Positions 46,463 to 55,728 of a stretch of 64,000 nucleotides of DNA are shown one piece after another. The stretch lies in assembly GCA_902632605.1 (NCBI GenBank), contig CACPDB010000004.1:32511-96510 (forward strand), given 5' to 3'. The DNA is from an uncultured SAR86 cluster bacterium (GTDB lineage: Bacteria; Pseudomonadota; Gammaproteobacteria; Magnimaribacterales; AG-339-G14). The position numbers were made by a program, and so were the translations under genes. How positions within the stretch are numbered: position 1 is the stretch's first letter; every line of letters begins with the position of its first letter. The notes beneath the pieces were generated by a model. It ran no database searches. It was not told where the DNA came from and saw only the letters and a program-made list of their open reading frames with translations.

Positions 46463-47304
46463 TTTTCTAATTTTTGAGTATCTCTTGGATCCAAGATATC
46501 TCTTAATCCGTCACCTAAAAAATTTAAAGCAAATAAGGTTAAAGAAAATAAAAAAGCTGGAAATATAAGTAACCACCAATATTCTTCCATAGTATTAGCA
46601 CCCTCTCTAATTAATATGCCCCAAGAACTATCGGGTGGTTGTACTCCCAAACCTAAAAAACTTAAAAAAGCTTCCAAAAGCATAAATTGAGGTACTAGTA
46701 AGGTTGAATAAATTATAACGGTACCCAAAACATTGGGAATAATATGTTTAAACAAGATTCTGAAAGAGCTTGCGCCCATAATTTGTGCAGATATGATAAA
46801 TTCTTTTTTTCTTAAACCCAAAACTTGTAAGCGAACAATTCTTGCCATAGAAAGCCACCCAAAAGCGCCAATTGAAATGAATAGAAAATAAATATCTCTA
46901 CCAAATATGACTAGAATGAGAATAATAAAAATGACAAAAGGCAATCCATCCAATATATCTACCAGTCTCATCATTAATGAGTCTATTTTTCCACCAAAAT
47001 ACCCAGATACTGCTCCATACGAAAGGCCGATAGTTATTGCTACAAAAGTAGCTAAAAAGCCTACTAGCAATGATATTCTGCTACCGTAAAGTATTCTTGA
47101 GAATAGATCTCTACCAAGCACATCAGTGCCTAAAATGTACTGAATAGATGGTGCAGAAGCTCCTAAAGATAAATTTTGTTCAGATACTTCATAAGGAGAA
47201 ATTATAGGTGCTAGTAGTGCTAAAAATATTAGAAATAAAGTATATAAAAGAGAAATCAGGAGAACTTTTCTATGTTTGATCTCTTGAAATAATTCTAACC
47301 ACAT
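46459..47304 (-). CDS. Opp/Dpp-type ABC transporter permease (C subunit)
   Basis: Binding-protein-dependent permease with an EAA-like loop. Abuts the B subunit gene. Confidence 0.85.
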   Translation of the reverse strand: MWLELFQEIKHRKVLLISLLYTLFLIFLALLAPIISPYEVSEQNLSLGASAPSIQYILGTDVLGRDLFSRILYGSRISLLVGFLATFVAITIGLSYGAVSGYFGGKIDSLMMRLVDILDGLPFVIFIILILVIFGRDIYFLFISIGAFGWLSMARIVRLQVLGLRKKEFIISAQIMGASSFRILFKHIIPNVLGTVIIYSTLLVPQFMLLEAFLSFLGLGVQPPDSSWGILIREGANTMEEYWWLLIFPAFLFSLTLFALNFLGDGLRDILDPRDTQKLEN

Positions 47305-48237
47305 TTATTCAAGACCGCCTGAATCTCTCAAAGTAGGATTTAAGAAAGAAGCCATAATATCTGAGATCAACACAAAGGTTAAAGTCATAAAAGTAAATAA
47401 AATAGAAGTGCCTAAGATCATTGTGTAGTCTCTATTGAAGGCCGCTTGAACATAAAATCGACCCACACCGTTTATTTGAAATATAGTTTCAACTACAAAA
47501 GATCCTGCAAGCAAGCCAGCAATCGCAGGACCTAAAAAACTTATAACCGGTAAAATTCCACCTCTTAAAGCATGAACAATAACAATTCTAATTTCTGAAA
47601 GACCCTTTGCCCTTGCTGTTCTTATATAATCTTGACCAAGAATCTCTAACATCCCTCCACGAGTAAGTCTTGCAAAAATAGCAGCATAGGCGGTACCGAG
47701 AGTTACTGTCGGGAGAATCTTATCGCCAGGATTATCCCCCCATCCGTAAACGGGTAAAACTTCGTACCAAATTCCAAATATTAAAACCAATACTGGTCCT
47801 AAAATAATTGAGGGAATACAAATGCCTAGTAATGAAATGGACATCGGCACAATATCTAAAATTTTTCCTGGATTTAAAGAAGCTACAAGTCCAGAAATTA
47901 CTCCTAGAAAGATGGCAAAAAGAATTGAATAAATTGCTAATTCAATAGTTGTCGGCAATCCTGACATAATGAGTTCTGCGACAGTTCTGCCAGGATATTT
48001 AAAGGACGGTCCAAAATCTCCTTGAATAGCATTATATAAATAATTATAAATTTGAACGTGAATTGGTTTATCTAAATTATAAGCTTCATTTAATTTTTCT
48101 ATTATTTCAGGCGACGCCACTCTTTCAGCATCAAATGGTCCTCCAGGTGCAGCATGGATCATTAAGAATGTAATAATCACTACAACTAATAAAACAGGAA
48201 TGTAAGTGAATAATCTTTTTAAGATTAATTGAATCAA
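47305..48237 (-). CDS. Opp/Dpp-type ABC transporter permease (B subunit)
   Basis: MIQLILKRLFTYIPVLLVVVIITFLMIHAAPGGPF N-terminus typical of OppB/DppB. Confidence 0.85.
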   Translation of the reverse strand: MIQLILKRLFTYIPVLLVVVIITFLMIHAAPGGPFDAERVASPEIIEKLNEAYNLDKPIHVQIYNYLYNAIQGDFGPSFKYPGRTVAELIMSGLPTTIELAIYSILFAIFLGVISGLVASLNPGKILDIVPMSISLLGICIPSIILGPVLVLIFGIWYEVLPVYGWGDNPGDKILPTVTLGTAYAAIFARLTRGGMLEILGQDYIRTARAKGLSEIRIVIVHALRGGILPVISFLGPAIAGLLAGSFVVETIFQINGVGRFYVQAAFNRDYTMILGTSILFTFMTLTFVLISDIMASFLNPTLRDSGGLE

Positions 48238-48241
48238 AATA

Positions 48242-49837
48242 TTATTCCAAACTTAGAAATTGATATGGGTTGGTATCTAAAATATTGTTTTGCCAATTTT
48301 TAACCCTTTCGCTTAGAAGATATGTTCTGGTGTAAGTATATAAAGGAATAACAGGCAGTTCTTCTATTAGAATTTTTTCTGCTTGCTCGTATAGTTCATA
48401 TCTCCTATTGGTTGAAATTTTTGAAGCTGCACTATTTAAAATTTCATCATATTTAGCATTACTCCAACCAGTTTTATTGTTTCCTCTATCTGTAACCATC
48501 ATATCAAGAAAAGTAAAGGGATCAGGATAGTCACCAATCCAACCAGCCCTAGATATGTCAAATTCTCCTTGAGTTTCTCTTGCTAAATAAACTTTCCAAT
48601 CTACATTGGTTAAAACTACATTCAATCCCAAATGTTTTTTCCACATTTCTTGAATAGCTTGAGCAATTTTTTGATGACCTTCGGAGGTATTATAGAGCAC
48701 CTCAAGAGGGTTATTATTTATGTTATATCCTGATTCTTTTAGAAGTAGTTTTGCCTTAACTGGATTAAATTCTAGTTTGGTATTTGGGTTATAGCCATTT
48801 TCATCTGGCGGAGTGAAAGAATAAGATACTTTTTGATTACCTTTTAAAATACTTTTTACAATTAAGTCACGATCTATAGATAAAGATAATGCCTTTCTGA
48901 AATTCACATCGTTTAGAGGAAATTTATTTGTATTGATTCTGTAATAATAAGTTCCAAAATAATTATGTTCAATTAATTCCCTAGGTCTTTCTTCCCTGTA
49001 TCTAATTATTTTTTCTGTTGGAACAGTATTTGCTAGATGAATTCCACCAGATCTAAATAAACGATCTTGCGTTAATTCGTTATCAATAGGAAGAAATTCT
49101 ATACCGTTAATTTTATTTGAATCATTACCCCAATAAACAACATTTCTTGACACTTTGAGAGATTTATTGATTTCCCATGAATCTAGTTTGAAAGGACCAT
49201 TGCCAATGAAATTTTCTACTCTTGTCCATTTATTATTCCTACTAGTCATTCCACCAAATTTTTCTACAGTTTCAGGATGCACAGGCCAAGTTGAATAATG
49301 AGTCAAAATATTTAAAAAATAAGGAGTAGGATTTTCCAATGTAACAACAAGCTTATTTTCAAGGGCAGAAACTCCGACCTTAAAAAAATCTTTAATTTGC
49401 CCTTTATGAAAGCTTTCAGCATTTTTTATGACATATAGCATGTCCGCGTACTGTGCCCCTAGTTCAGGTGAAAGAATTCTTTCCCAAGAATAAACAAAAT
49501 GTTCAGGTTTCACTGATTCGCCATTTGTCCATTTCGCCTCTGGATTAAAAATAAAAGTATAAGTTAAGCCATCCTCACTTATCATCCATTCTAATGCTAC
49601 TCCAGGAAGCACTCCGTTGTTTTTTGGATTAAAAATAACTAGCCCTTCCAAAAGAGCTAAAAGTATTTTATGTTCTGGAACTCCTGTAACAATATGAGGA
49701 TCTATTCCAGAGGGTTCTGTACCATTTCCAAGAAGTAAAATTCCTTGTTCTGAATAAAGATCAACTTTTGATTTCTGAACAGTGTTTTCTGAGCAACCAA
49801 CAAGAAATAAAAAAAATATTATTAACCAATGCATCAA
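48242..49837 (-). CDS. Family 5 (Opp/Dpp/Nik-type) substrate-binding lipoprotein
   Basis: Lipobox FLVGCS; 531 aa SBP_bac_5-like. The start overlaps the TBDR stop by 4 nt. Confidence 0.85.
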   Translation of the reverse strand: MMHWLIIFFLFLVGCSENTVQKSKVDLYSEQGILLLGNGTEPSGIDPHIVTGVPEHKILLALLEGLVIFNPKNNGVLPGVALEWMISEDGLTYTFIFNPEAKWTNGESVKPEHFVYSWERILSPELGAQYADMLYVIKNAESFHKGQIKDFFKVGVSALENKLVVTLENPTPYFLNILTHYSTWPVHPETVEKFGGMTSRNNKWTRVENFIGNGPFKLDSWEINKSLKVSRNVVYWGNDSNKINGIEFLPIDNELTQDRLFRSGGIHLANTVPTEKIIRYREERPRELIEHNYFGTYYYRINTNKFPLNDVNFRKALSLSIDRDLIVKSILKGNQKVSYSFTPPDENGYNPNTKLEFNPVKAKLLLKESGYNINNNPLEVLYNTSEGHQKIAQAIQEMWKKHLGLNVVLTNVDWKVYLARETQGEFDISRAGWIGDYPDPFTFLDMMVTDRGNNKTGWSNAKYDEILNSAASKISTNRRYELYEQAEKILIEELPVIPLYTYTRTYLLSERVKNWQNNILDTNPYQFLSLE

Positions 49838-52620
49838 TAGATTCTCTTTGAAATATTTAGATAAATAAATCTTCCTAGTGGATCATAATAAGATGGGTAA
49901 GTATTTGCGTTCCCAGGTACATAATTGATTGATCTTCCGTTTAAAGGCGGATTCTCATCTAAGATATTATTAATACCAAAAGAAAAATTTATATCGTCAA
50001 TCAAATTTATTGAAAAATTCGTATCTAAATAATAATAACTACTGAAATCAATAGGATTGGTCGCGTTTGAATCTTCAACGCTACCAATGTAGCGGATTGT
50101 GAGATTTGATGAAGTATCAAATTGTAAAATTTTATAAATAAATTCCATGTTAAATACATTTTGAAATTTTGGTGATGGTAGTCCACAGGTATTTTCATAC
50201 TTACCTTTACAATCTTCAATTGGAAGTGATGATCTAAGCTGAATGTCATTTTTAAGCAAGTAAGAAAGAAAATTATTAATTCTTAATTCGCCAAAATCCA
50301 TAAAAAGTCTCTTATTAATATTTATATCTAAACCGGAAATTTTTTGACTAGATACATTTAAAAGAGGTGAGGCAATTTTTCCTGTTCCTTCATAAAAAGT
50401 TCCTGTTGTTGAATTTCTCTCTATTAAATTGCAAAAATAAGGTTCTCCAGAATCCAAACATCTATTTAAAATAAATGAAGCATCTGCTGTTCCAATTTTA
50501 TCTTTAAGAGAAATTGAATAAAAATCAATTTCCAAATCAATTTCATCAGAAAAAAGGTAACTTAAGCTGTTTGTATTTGCAGTTTCAGGACGTAAATTTA
50601 GATTACCGCCTACAAGAGAATTGACTTGATCTTCAGTATTTGAAATTGTTCCATATAAAGATTGAGTTACCCCAGTTCTCGAGCAATCAGAAAAAGATCT
50701 TTGAGGATTTGCTCCGGAGCAAGGATCATTGTCTAGAAAAGTTTGTTGTACTTTTGCAGGACTATAAAGATCATTAATATCTGGCATTCTTATAGCTTTT
50801 TGGTGTGAGAATTTAAGTGTATGTTTGTCACTAAACAGATGTACCAGTCCTAAGTCATAAGTCAAAGCATCATCTTCTAATGAATAATCGGAATACCTAA
50901 TACTTAAGTTTAAATTGGTTTCTGTCACTAAAGGCAAATAAATCTCCGAAAAGAATTCTTTGACCTCTAAGTCTCCATACAAGTTTGAATGAGGATATTG
51001 TTGACCAGCTCCGTCAGAGAAATCTTCCGCATTTTTCTTTAAATTTAAATCTCTATATTCAATACCTAAAGCTAAATCCAAAGAAGGTAAAATTGAATTC
51101 CCAAATGTAAAAGATTTTGAGGTCACAAACCTATACTGATTTTCAGTCAATTCGGCAACTACATTCAAATTCGTTGATATGTAGTCTAGAGCTTCTTGAG
51201 TAACTCCTAATGCTGCCGAATTCTGTACAGTGCCGCTTGATAATCTAAAAATATTCCAAGGTTTGCAGTTATTCCCTGATACACAAGCAGAATTTGATGC
51301 CGTTCCTGTTACATTTAATGCATTTGTTGCTCTAGATTTTGAAATATCATTGAAGTAAGTAAAATCAGCAGTTGTTCTTGAACTTTGAAGACTAAAATTG
51401 TAAAACCAGTCATTGTTAATTTTACCTTCAACATCGAAGACTACCCTATCCGTGGAATGTTTAAAGCTTTGTCTTCTTGGATTACCTTCAATGTTTCTCC
51501 TGCTGATATATAGAGGAGCAGTATCTGATGATGACAAACCGTTATTTGCACAAATTGTATTAAATTGTTGATTTGATAAAAAAGGATTGTTACAAGGAAG
51601 ATCTACAGAAAGTCGAAAAACTCCAGAATAATCTAATTGACCAGTAGTTTTATGAGATGTCTTAAAGTAATCAAAATTGAAAATATGATTCTTAAGATTT
51701 TCAAAAGTCAGTAAGATTCCTATATCATTTTTTTCATCGGGCCTAAGTAAATGATTTTTTGACGCAAAATTATATCGAGTTGTGCCTTCAACGAAGATAT
51801 CGTTCTGTACATAAAAGTTTTTCCCCCCAACTCTATTTTCACTAAATTTACCTTCAGGAGATGTACTTGAACCTCTGCAAGTATTATTTCCACTCAAAGC
51901 ACAAACGCTTATGTCTCTTTGAGACCAAGTGACTTCATCAACAGACCTATAATTAAAGAAAGATGTAAGATGAATATCTTGAAAAATTTCATATCCCAAA
52001 GAAATTTGTATAGCATTTTTATGACCATCGGACACAGATTTAGGAGACAAATCATAATTGTTAGAAATATGCAGAGCTCTCAAATTATTATTATCATTTT
52101 GATGATTATAAAAAGAATGCTGATATGAGATATCTATGCCTGAAAATTTTCTATCCAATTGAAAATTAATTACTCCACCTATTGCATCGGAACCATAAAT
52201 CGTTGACTTGCCTCCCGTAAGAACATCAACTTTCTTAATCAGCGAAAAAGGAACTTGGCTTAAATCTTGTTCTGCTGTGCCATTCATTGGCGTTCCAGGA
52301 GAAAGTCTTTTTCCATTCAAGAGAACTAAGGTCCTGGTACCTCCTAGACCTCTTAAACTAACAGATGCAGTCCCAGTTGCTTTATTAGAATGAAAAGATG
52401 AATTACTTGGATTTATTTGAGGTAAAACACTAAGAAAGTTTTCAATATGAAAAGCTCCTCTATTTTTAATATCATCTAAATCAAACGAAGATATTGGATT
52501 GGCAACTAATAATGAAGATTTCTTAATTGAACTACCAGTTACGTAAACATCTTCAGTAACTTCACCGAGTATAGTTTCGTAAAAAGACAAAATTAAAAAA
52601 AATAGTAAAAAATTTTTCAT
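49834..52620 (-). CDS. TonB-dependent outer-membrane receptor
   Basis: Signal peptide; plug-domain block VDVLTGGKSTIYGSDAIGGVINF; 928 aa beta-barrel-like repeat pattern ending in an aromatic residue. Confidence 0.9.
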   Translation of the reverse strand: MKNFLLFFLILSFYETILGEVTEDVYVTGSSIKKSSLLVANPISSFDLDDIKNRGAFHIENFLSVLPQINPSNSSFHSNKATGTASVSLRGLGGTRTLVLLNGKRLSPGTPMNGTAEQDLSQVPFSLIKKVDVLTGGKSTIYGSDAIGGVINFQLDRKFSGIDISYQHSFYNHQNDNNNLRALHISNNYDLSPKSVSDGHKNAIQISLGYEIFQDIHLTSFFNYRSVDEVTWSQRDISVCALSGNNTCRGSSTSPEGKFSENRVGGKNFYVQNDIFVEGTTRYNFASKNHLLRPDEKNDIGILLTFENLKNHIFNFDYFKTSHKTTGQLDYSGVFRLSVDLPCNNPFLSNQQFNTICANNGLSSSDTAPLYISRRNIEGNPRRQSFKHSTDRVVFDVEGKINNDWFYNFSLQSSRTTADFTYFNDISKSRATNALNVTGTASNSACVSGNNCKPWNIFRLSSGTVQNSAALGVTQEALDYISTNLNVVAELTENQYRFVTSKSFTFGNSILPSLDLALGIEYRDLNLKKNAEDFSDGAGQQYPHSNLYGDLEVKEFFSEIYLPLVTETNLNLSIRYSDYSLEDDALTYDLGLVHLFSDKHTLKFSHQKAIRMPDINDLYSPAKVQQTFLDNDPCSGANPQRSFSDCSRTGVTQSLYGTISNTEDQVNSLVGGNLNLRPETANTNSLSYLFSDEIDLEIDFYSISLKDKIGTADASFILNRCLDSGEPYFCNLIERNSTTGTFYEGTGKIASPLLNVSSQKISGLDININKRLFMDFGELRINNFLSYLLKNDIQLRSSLPIEDCKGKYENTCGLPSPKFQNVFNMEFIYKILQFDTSSNLTIRYIGSVEDSNATNPIDFSSYYYLDTNFSINLIDDINFSFGINNILDENPPLNGRSINYVPGNANTYPSYYDPLGRFIYLNISKRIY

Positions 52621-52698
52621 GAGAAAAACACGATTATATTTGATTTAAATTATGATAAAAAATCTTTTTTACTGAATGCAATGGTAAAATTAAACTTG

Positions 52699-53493
52699 AT
52701 GTCATTTCTTAAAGATAAAAAGTTTCTAATCGTTGGTGTAGCAAACAAATTTTCTATTGCAGCAGGTATTGCGAAATCAATGTCTGATCAAGGAGCTGAT
52801 TTATTTTTATCTTATCAAAGTGAGAGATTGTTGAAAAAAGTTTCCCAGGTTGGAGACCCTTTGGGATGTAAAAATTATTTTGAATGTGATGTAAGTAATG
52901 ATGATTCAATTGATTCTCTCATTAAAGAAATCGAAGCCAAATGGGGTTATTTAGATGGAATAGTTCATGCTGTTGGATTTGCACCAGCAAATGAATTAGA
53001 CGGAAATTTTGTAGATGTTGCTACTAGAGAAGGATTTATGATTGCTCATGATATTAGTGTTTTCAGCTTTACCGCTCTTGCCCAAAAAGCCAAAAATTTA
53101 ATGAAAAATAGAAATGCATCATTATTAACTCTCTCTTACCTCGGAGCACAAAGAACTTTGCCAAACTACAATGTTATGGGAGTTGCAAAGGCAGCTTTAG
53201 AATCTACAACAAGATATCTTGCAAACAGTATGGGTGCAGATCAAATTCGAGTAAATGCAATTTCAGCTGGACCAGTAAAAACATTAGCTGCATCAGGAGT
53301 AAAAAGCTTTAAGAAAATGCTTTCTTATAATGAATCCAGAGCTCCGCTGAAAAGAAACATCACTACTGAAGAAGTAGGCAATGCAGCAGCTTTTCTTTGT
53401 TCAGATTTAGCAAGCGGAATAACAGGTGAAGTTCTTTATGTTGATGCAGGATTCAATATCACTGCTATGGGCGATTTATCTGAAGTTAATTAA
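52699..53493 (+). CDS. fabI: Enoyl-[acyl-carrier-protein] reductase (NADH) FabI
   Basis: MSFLKDKKFLIVGVANKFSIAAGIA... is collinear with E. coli FabI ([25 protein letters not shown]). Has YNVMGVAKAALE. Start set by alignment; the track ATG at 52681 is 6 codons upstream. Confidence 0.92.
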   Translation: MSFLKDKKFLIVGVANKFSIAAGIAKSMSDQGADLFLSYQSERLLKKVSQVGDPLGCKNYFECDVSNDDSIDSLIKEIEAKWGYLDGIVHAVGFAPANELDGNFVDVATREGFMIAHDISVFSFTALAQKAKNLMKNRNASLLTLSYLGAQRTLPNYNVMGVAKAALESTTRYLANSMGADQIRVNAISAGPVKTLAASGVKSFKKMLSYNESRAPLKRNITTEEVGNAAAFLCSDLASGITGEVLYVDAGFNITAMGDLSEVN

Positions 53494-55285
53494 TGGAAGA
53501 ACTTGACTCTAATTCTTTAAAAAAAGTATCAAGATAAGATCTTGAATTCAATGCTTTCAAAGAATTCTTAGCTGCTTCTATGTCTTCTTTTTTAGCAAGA
53601 TTTTTTGAATTTTTAACTTTTGTTAATCTGACTACATAGATGTCTCCATTTTCTTGAGAAGAAATAAAGACCGGCTTATCAAGATCAACCGTAAATAAGT
53701 CGCTAAGCAAGTTGTCAGGTAAAAGACTGCTATCTCTTTTTATTAATGAATAGGAATTAAATTCTGATAACTCATTATCAATGGCTTTGGTTTCATACTT
53801 TTCTAACTCTTGAAGAATGGTATCTTGCGCTTGCTCAAATTGAAGTATCTTTTTAATTTCTGACTCTGCTGCTGATTGGGAAAGTAAAGTTTCTGGGATT
53901 ACATCTCTTACTTCATATAAAAGAAAATTACCTATTTCATCTTCAATAGGACCAAAAAACTCAGTACTTACATCATTCTGACCAAAGATTTCATCTGAAA
54001 CATCAAAAGAAAATAATTCTTCTGGTAAATTATCTTTATTAAATTCCTCTGATTTTTTAACTTTGAGATTCAAATCAGAACTAAGAACATCTAGGGTAAG
54101 GCCAAAATAGTTATCTTCAATGTTTAAAAGAGTTTGATTAAGAATTTCTTGAGATTTATTAGATAAAATCATGTCTTTAATTTCATCATCTGAAAATAAA
54201 AAATCATTCTTTTCTGTAACTTTTAAAATATGAATTGAACTAGGCATTTCTATAATTTGAGAAACATCATTAATTGATAAATTTTTTATTTGTATTTCAA
54301 ATTCTTCAGGAAGAATTGTTCCATCGGTATAACCCAAATCTCCACCATTACTATTACTACCAAAATCATCAGAATATTCTTCAACTAAAGACTCAAAGGT
54401 TATTGAATCGGAAAGTTTCTTTAGAATTATATTCGCTGTATTTAATTTTTCTTTTTTTTCATCTTCGGAAGAAAAGCTGAGTTGGATATGACTTACTCTA
54501 GTTTGAGAATTATCATCGCCCTCTTCTAAAAGATTTCTCTCATCTAGAATTTCTTGAGAAGAAACTTCTAAAGAATTTCTAAAAAGATCTTCATTCAACA
54601 AAATATAATTGATAGCAATTTTTTTTGGCTCAATAAATTTAAACTGATTTTGTTGATAATAATTCAAGATCTCAGACTCTGGGATTATTTCCTTTTCAGC
54701 AATTTCATTAAGATCCAATTTGTAAAAACTTAAAGATCTTTGTTGATTTGTAGCCTGTATAAAATTCAAAGCAGTTGAATCTAAAGAAAATTCAGAACGA
54801 GATATAAAATCACTTAGATTATTTGCCAAATATTTTGATTTCACTAGTTCTCTATAATCGTTTATTGTTAAACCTAGTCTTGCCATATATCCTGAAAATA
54901 GGGATGTATCAAATTCATCATTTGTTTGGAATGATTTGTCGTTTGCAATTAAGTTATTTACGAAGTCATCAGAAACATTCATTTTTAAATCTAAAGCTTT
55001 TTGATATACCAATTCTTTAGAAATTATGGAGTTCCTAGTTATTTCGTTAATTAATTCTTCGGATACCTCACCTTCAGAAAACAATGTAGATAGTCTGCTA
55101 AATTCTAAATTATATTCTCCAAAAGAAATGTTTTTGCCATTAATTTTTAGTGGTGAGTTTGAAGGAGCAGATGGATCTGTTAGAAATCCACCAAAAGTTG
55201 CTACTAAACCAAAAATTAGTATTGCGACAATTATAGATGACCCAGTCGATGATAGACCCTTTCTTATATTTTGAAGTGCGGACAT
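53486..55285 (-). CDS. ppiD: Periplasmic chaperone PpiD (SurA_N + parvulin-like)
   Basis: N-terminal TM anchor; 599 aa; conserved position immediately after hupB. Confidence 0.8.
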   Translation of the reverse strand: MSALQNIRKGLSSTGSSIIVAILIFGLVATFGGFLTDPSAPSNSPLKINGKNISFGEYNLEFSRLSTLFSEGEVSEELINEITRNSIISKELVYQKALDLKMNVSDDFVNNLIANDKSFQTNDEFDTSLFSGYMARLGLTINDYRELVKSKYLANNLSDFISRSEFSLDSTALNFIQATNQQRSLSFYKLDLNEIAEKEIIPESEILNYYQQNQFKFIEPKKIAINYILLNEDLFRNSLEVSSQEILDERNLLEEGDDNSQTRVSHIQLSFSSEDEKKEKLNTANIILKKLSDSITFESLVEEYSDDFGSNSNGGDLGYTDGTILPEEFEIQIKNLSINDVSQIIEMPSSIHILKVTEKNDFLFSDDEIKDMILSNKSQEILNQTLLNIEDNYFGLTLDVLSSDLNLKVKKSEEFNKDNLPEELFSFDVSDEIFGQNDVSTEFFGPIEDEIGNFLLYEVRDVIPETLLSQSAAESEIKKILQFEQAQDTILQELEKYETKAIDNELSEFNSYSLIKRDSSLLPDNLLSDLFTVDLDKPVFISSQENGDIYVVRLTKVKNSKNLAKKEDIEAAKNSLKALNSRSYLDTFFKELESSSSIN

Positions 55286-55291
55286 TTTGGG

Positions 55292-55334
55292 ATTATAAAA
55301 TAAAAACGCGCCCTAAAAACATAGGACGCGTTTT
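55292..55334 (-). terminator. Intrinsic terminator downstream of hupB
   Basis: On the minus strand: AAAACGCGTCCTA-TGTTTT-TAGGGCGCGTTTT (13-bp stem with one G-U) followed by TATTTTAT. Confidence 0.8.
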
Positions 55335-55345
55335 AAAAAATAAGT

Positions 55346-55615
55346 TTATAAACTATCTTTGAGACTTTTTCCGGCTTTGAAGCCTACGCCTTTAGAAGCT
55401 GCAATTTGGATGGTTTCTCCAGTTGCTGGATTTCTTCCCATTCTTGCTGCTCTTTCTCTAACGTTGAAAGTTCCAAATCCAACAAGCTGAACGGAATCTC
55501 CATTACTTAAAGCTCCTGCAATTGAATCTAGCACAGCATCTAAAGTTCTGCTGGCTTCTGCTTTTGAGGTATCAGTTGCATCTGCAACTGCTTCTATTAA
55601 TTCGGCTTTATTCAC
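55346..55615 (-). CDS. hupB: DNA-binding protein HU-beta
   Basis: MNKAELIEAVA...GFGTFNVRERAARMGRNPATGE. GTG start preceded by AGGAGAGAG. Confidence 0.95.
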   Translation of the reverse strand: MNKAELIEAVADATDTSKAEASRTLDAVLDSIAGALSNGDSVQLVGFGTFNVRERAARMGRNPATGETIQIAASKGVGFKAGKSLKDSL

Positions 55616-55728
55616 TAGTCTCTCTCCTAAATAAAGTTGTTAAAATCTTCAGACACAATGTCGATAGAGTGATTTAGACATGTAGATATATTTCTGTCAA
55701 GCGAGATTTAGCGCCTGAAACACCTTTT

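Noticed and set aside
52621-52680. Possible Fur box (AATTATGATAAAAAATCTT) upstream of the TonB-dependent receptor
   Set aside because: It matches only about 12/19 of the consensus and has no clear dyad symmetry. In roughly 25% GC spacer DNA such matches are expected by chance. A PWM with a genome background would be needed.
55672-55700. Perfect TTGACA (minus strand, 55700-55695) as the hupB promoter -35
   Set aside because: The best -10 at 17-18 nt spacing (CTAAAT/TAAATC) matches only 3/6. It is plausible but not supportable without transcription-start data.
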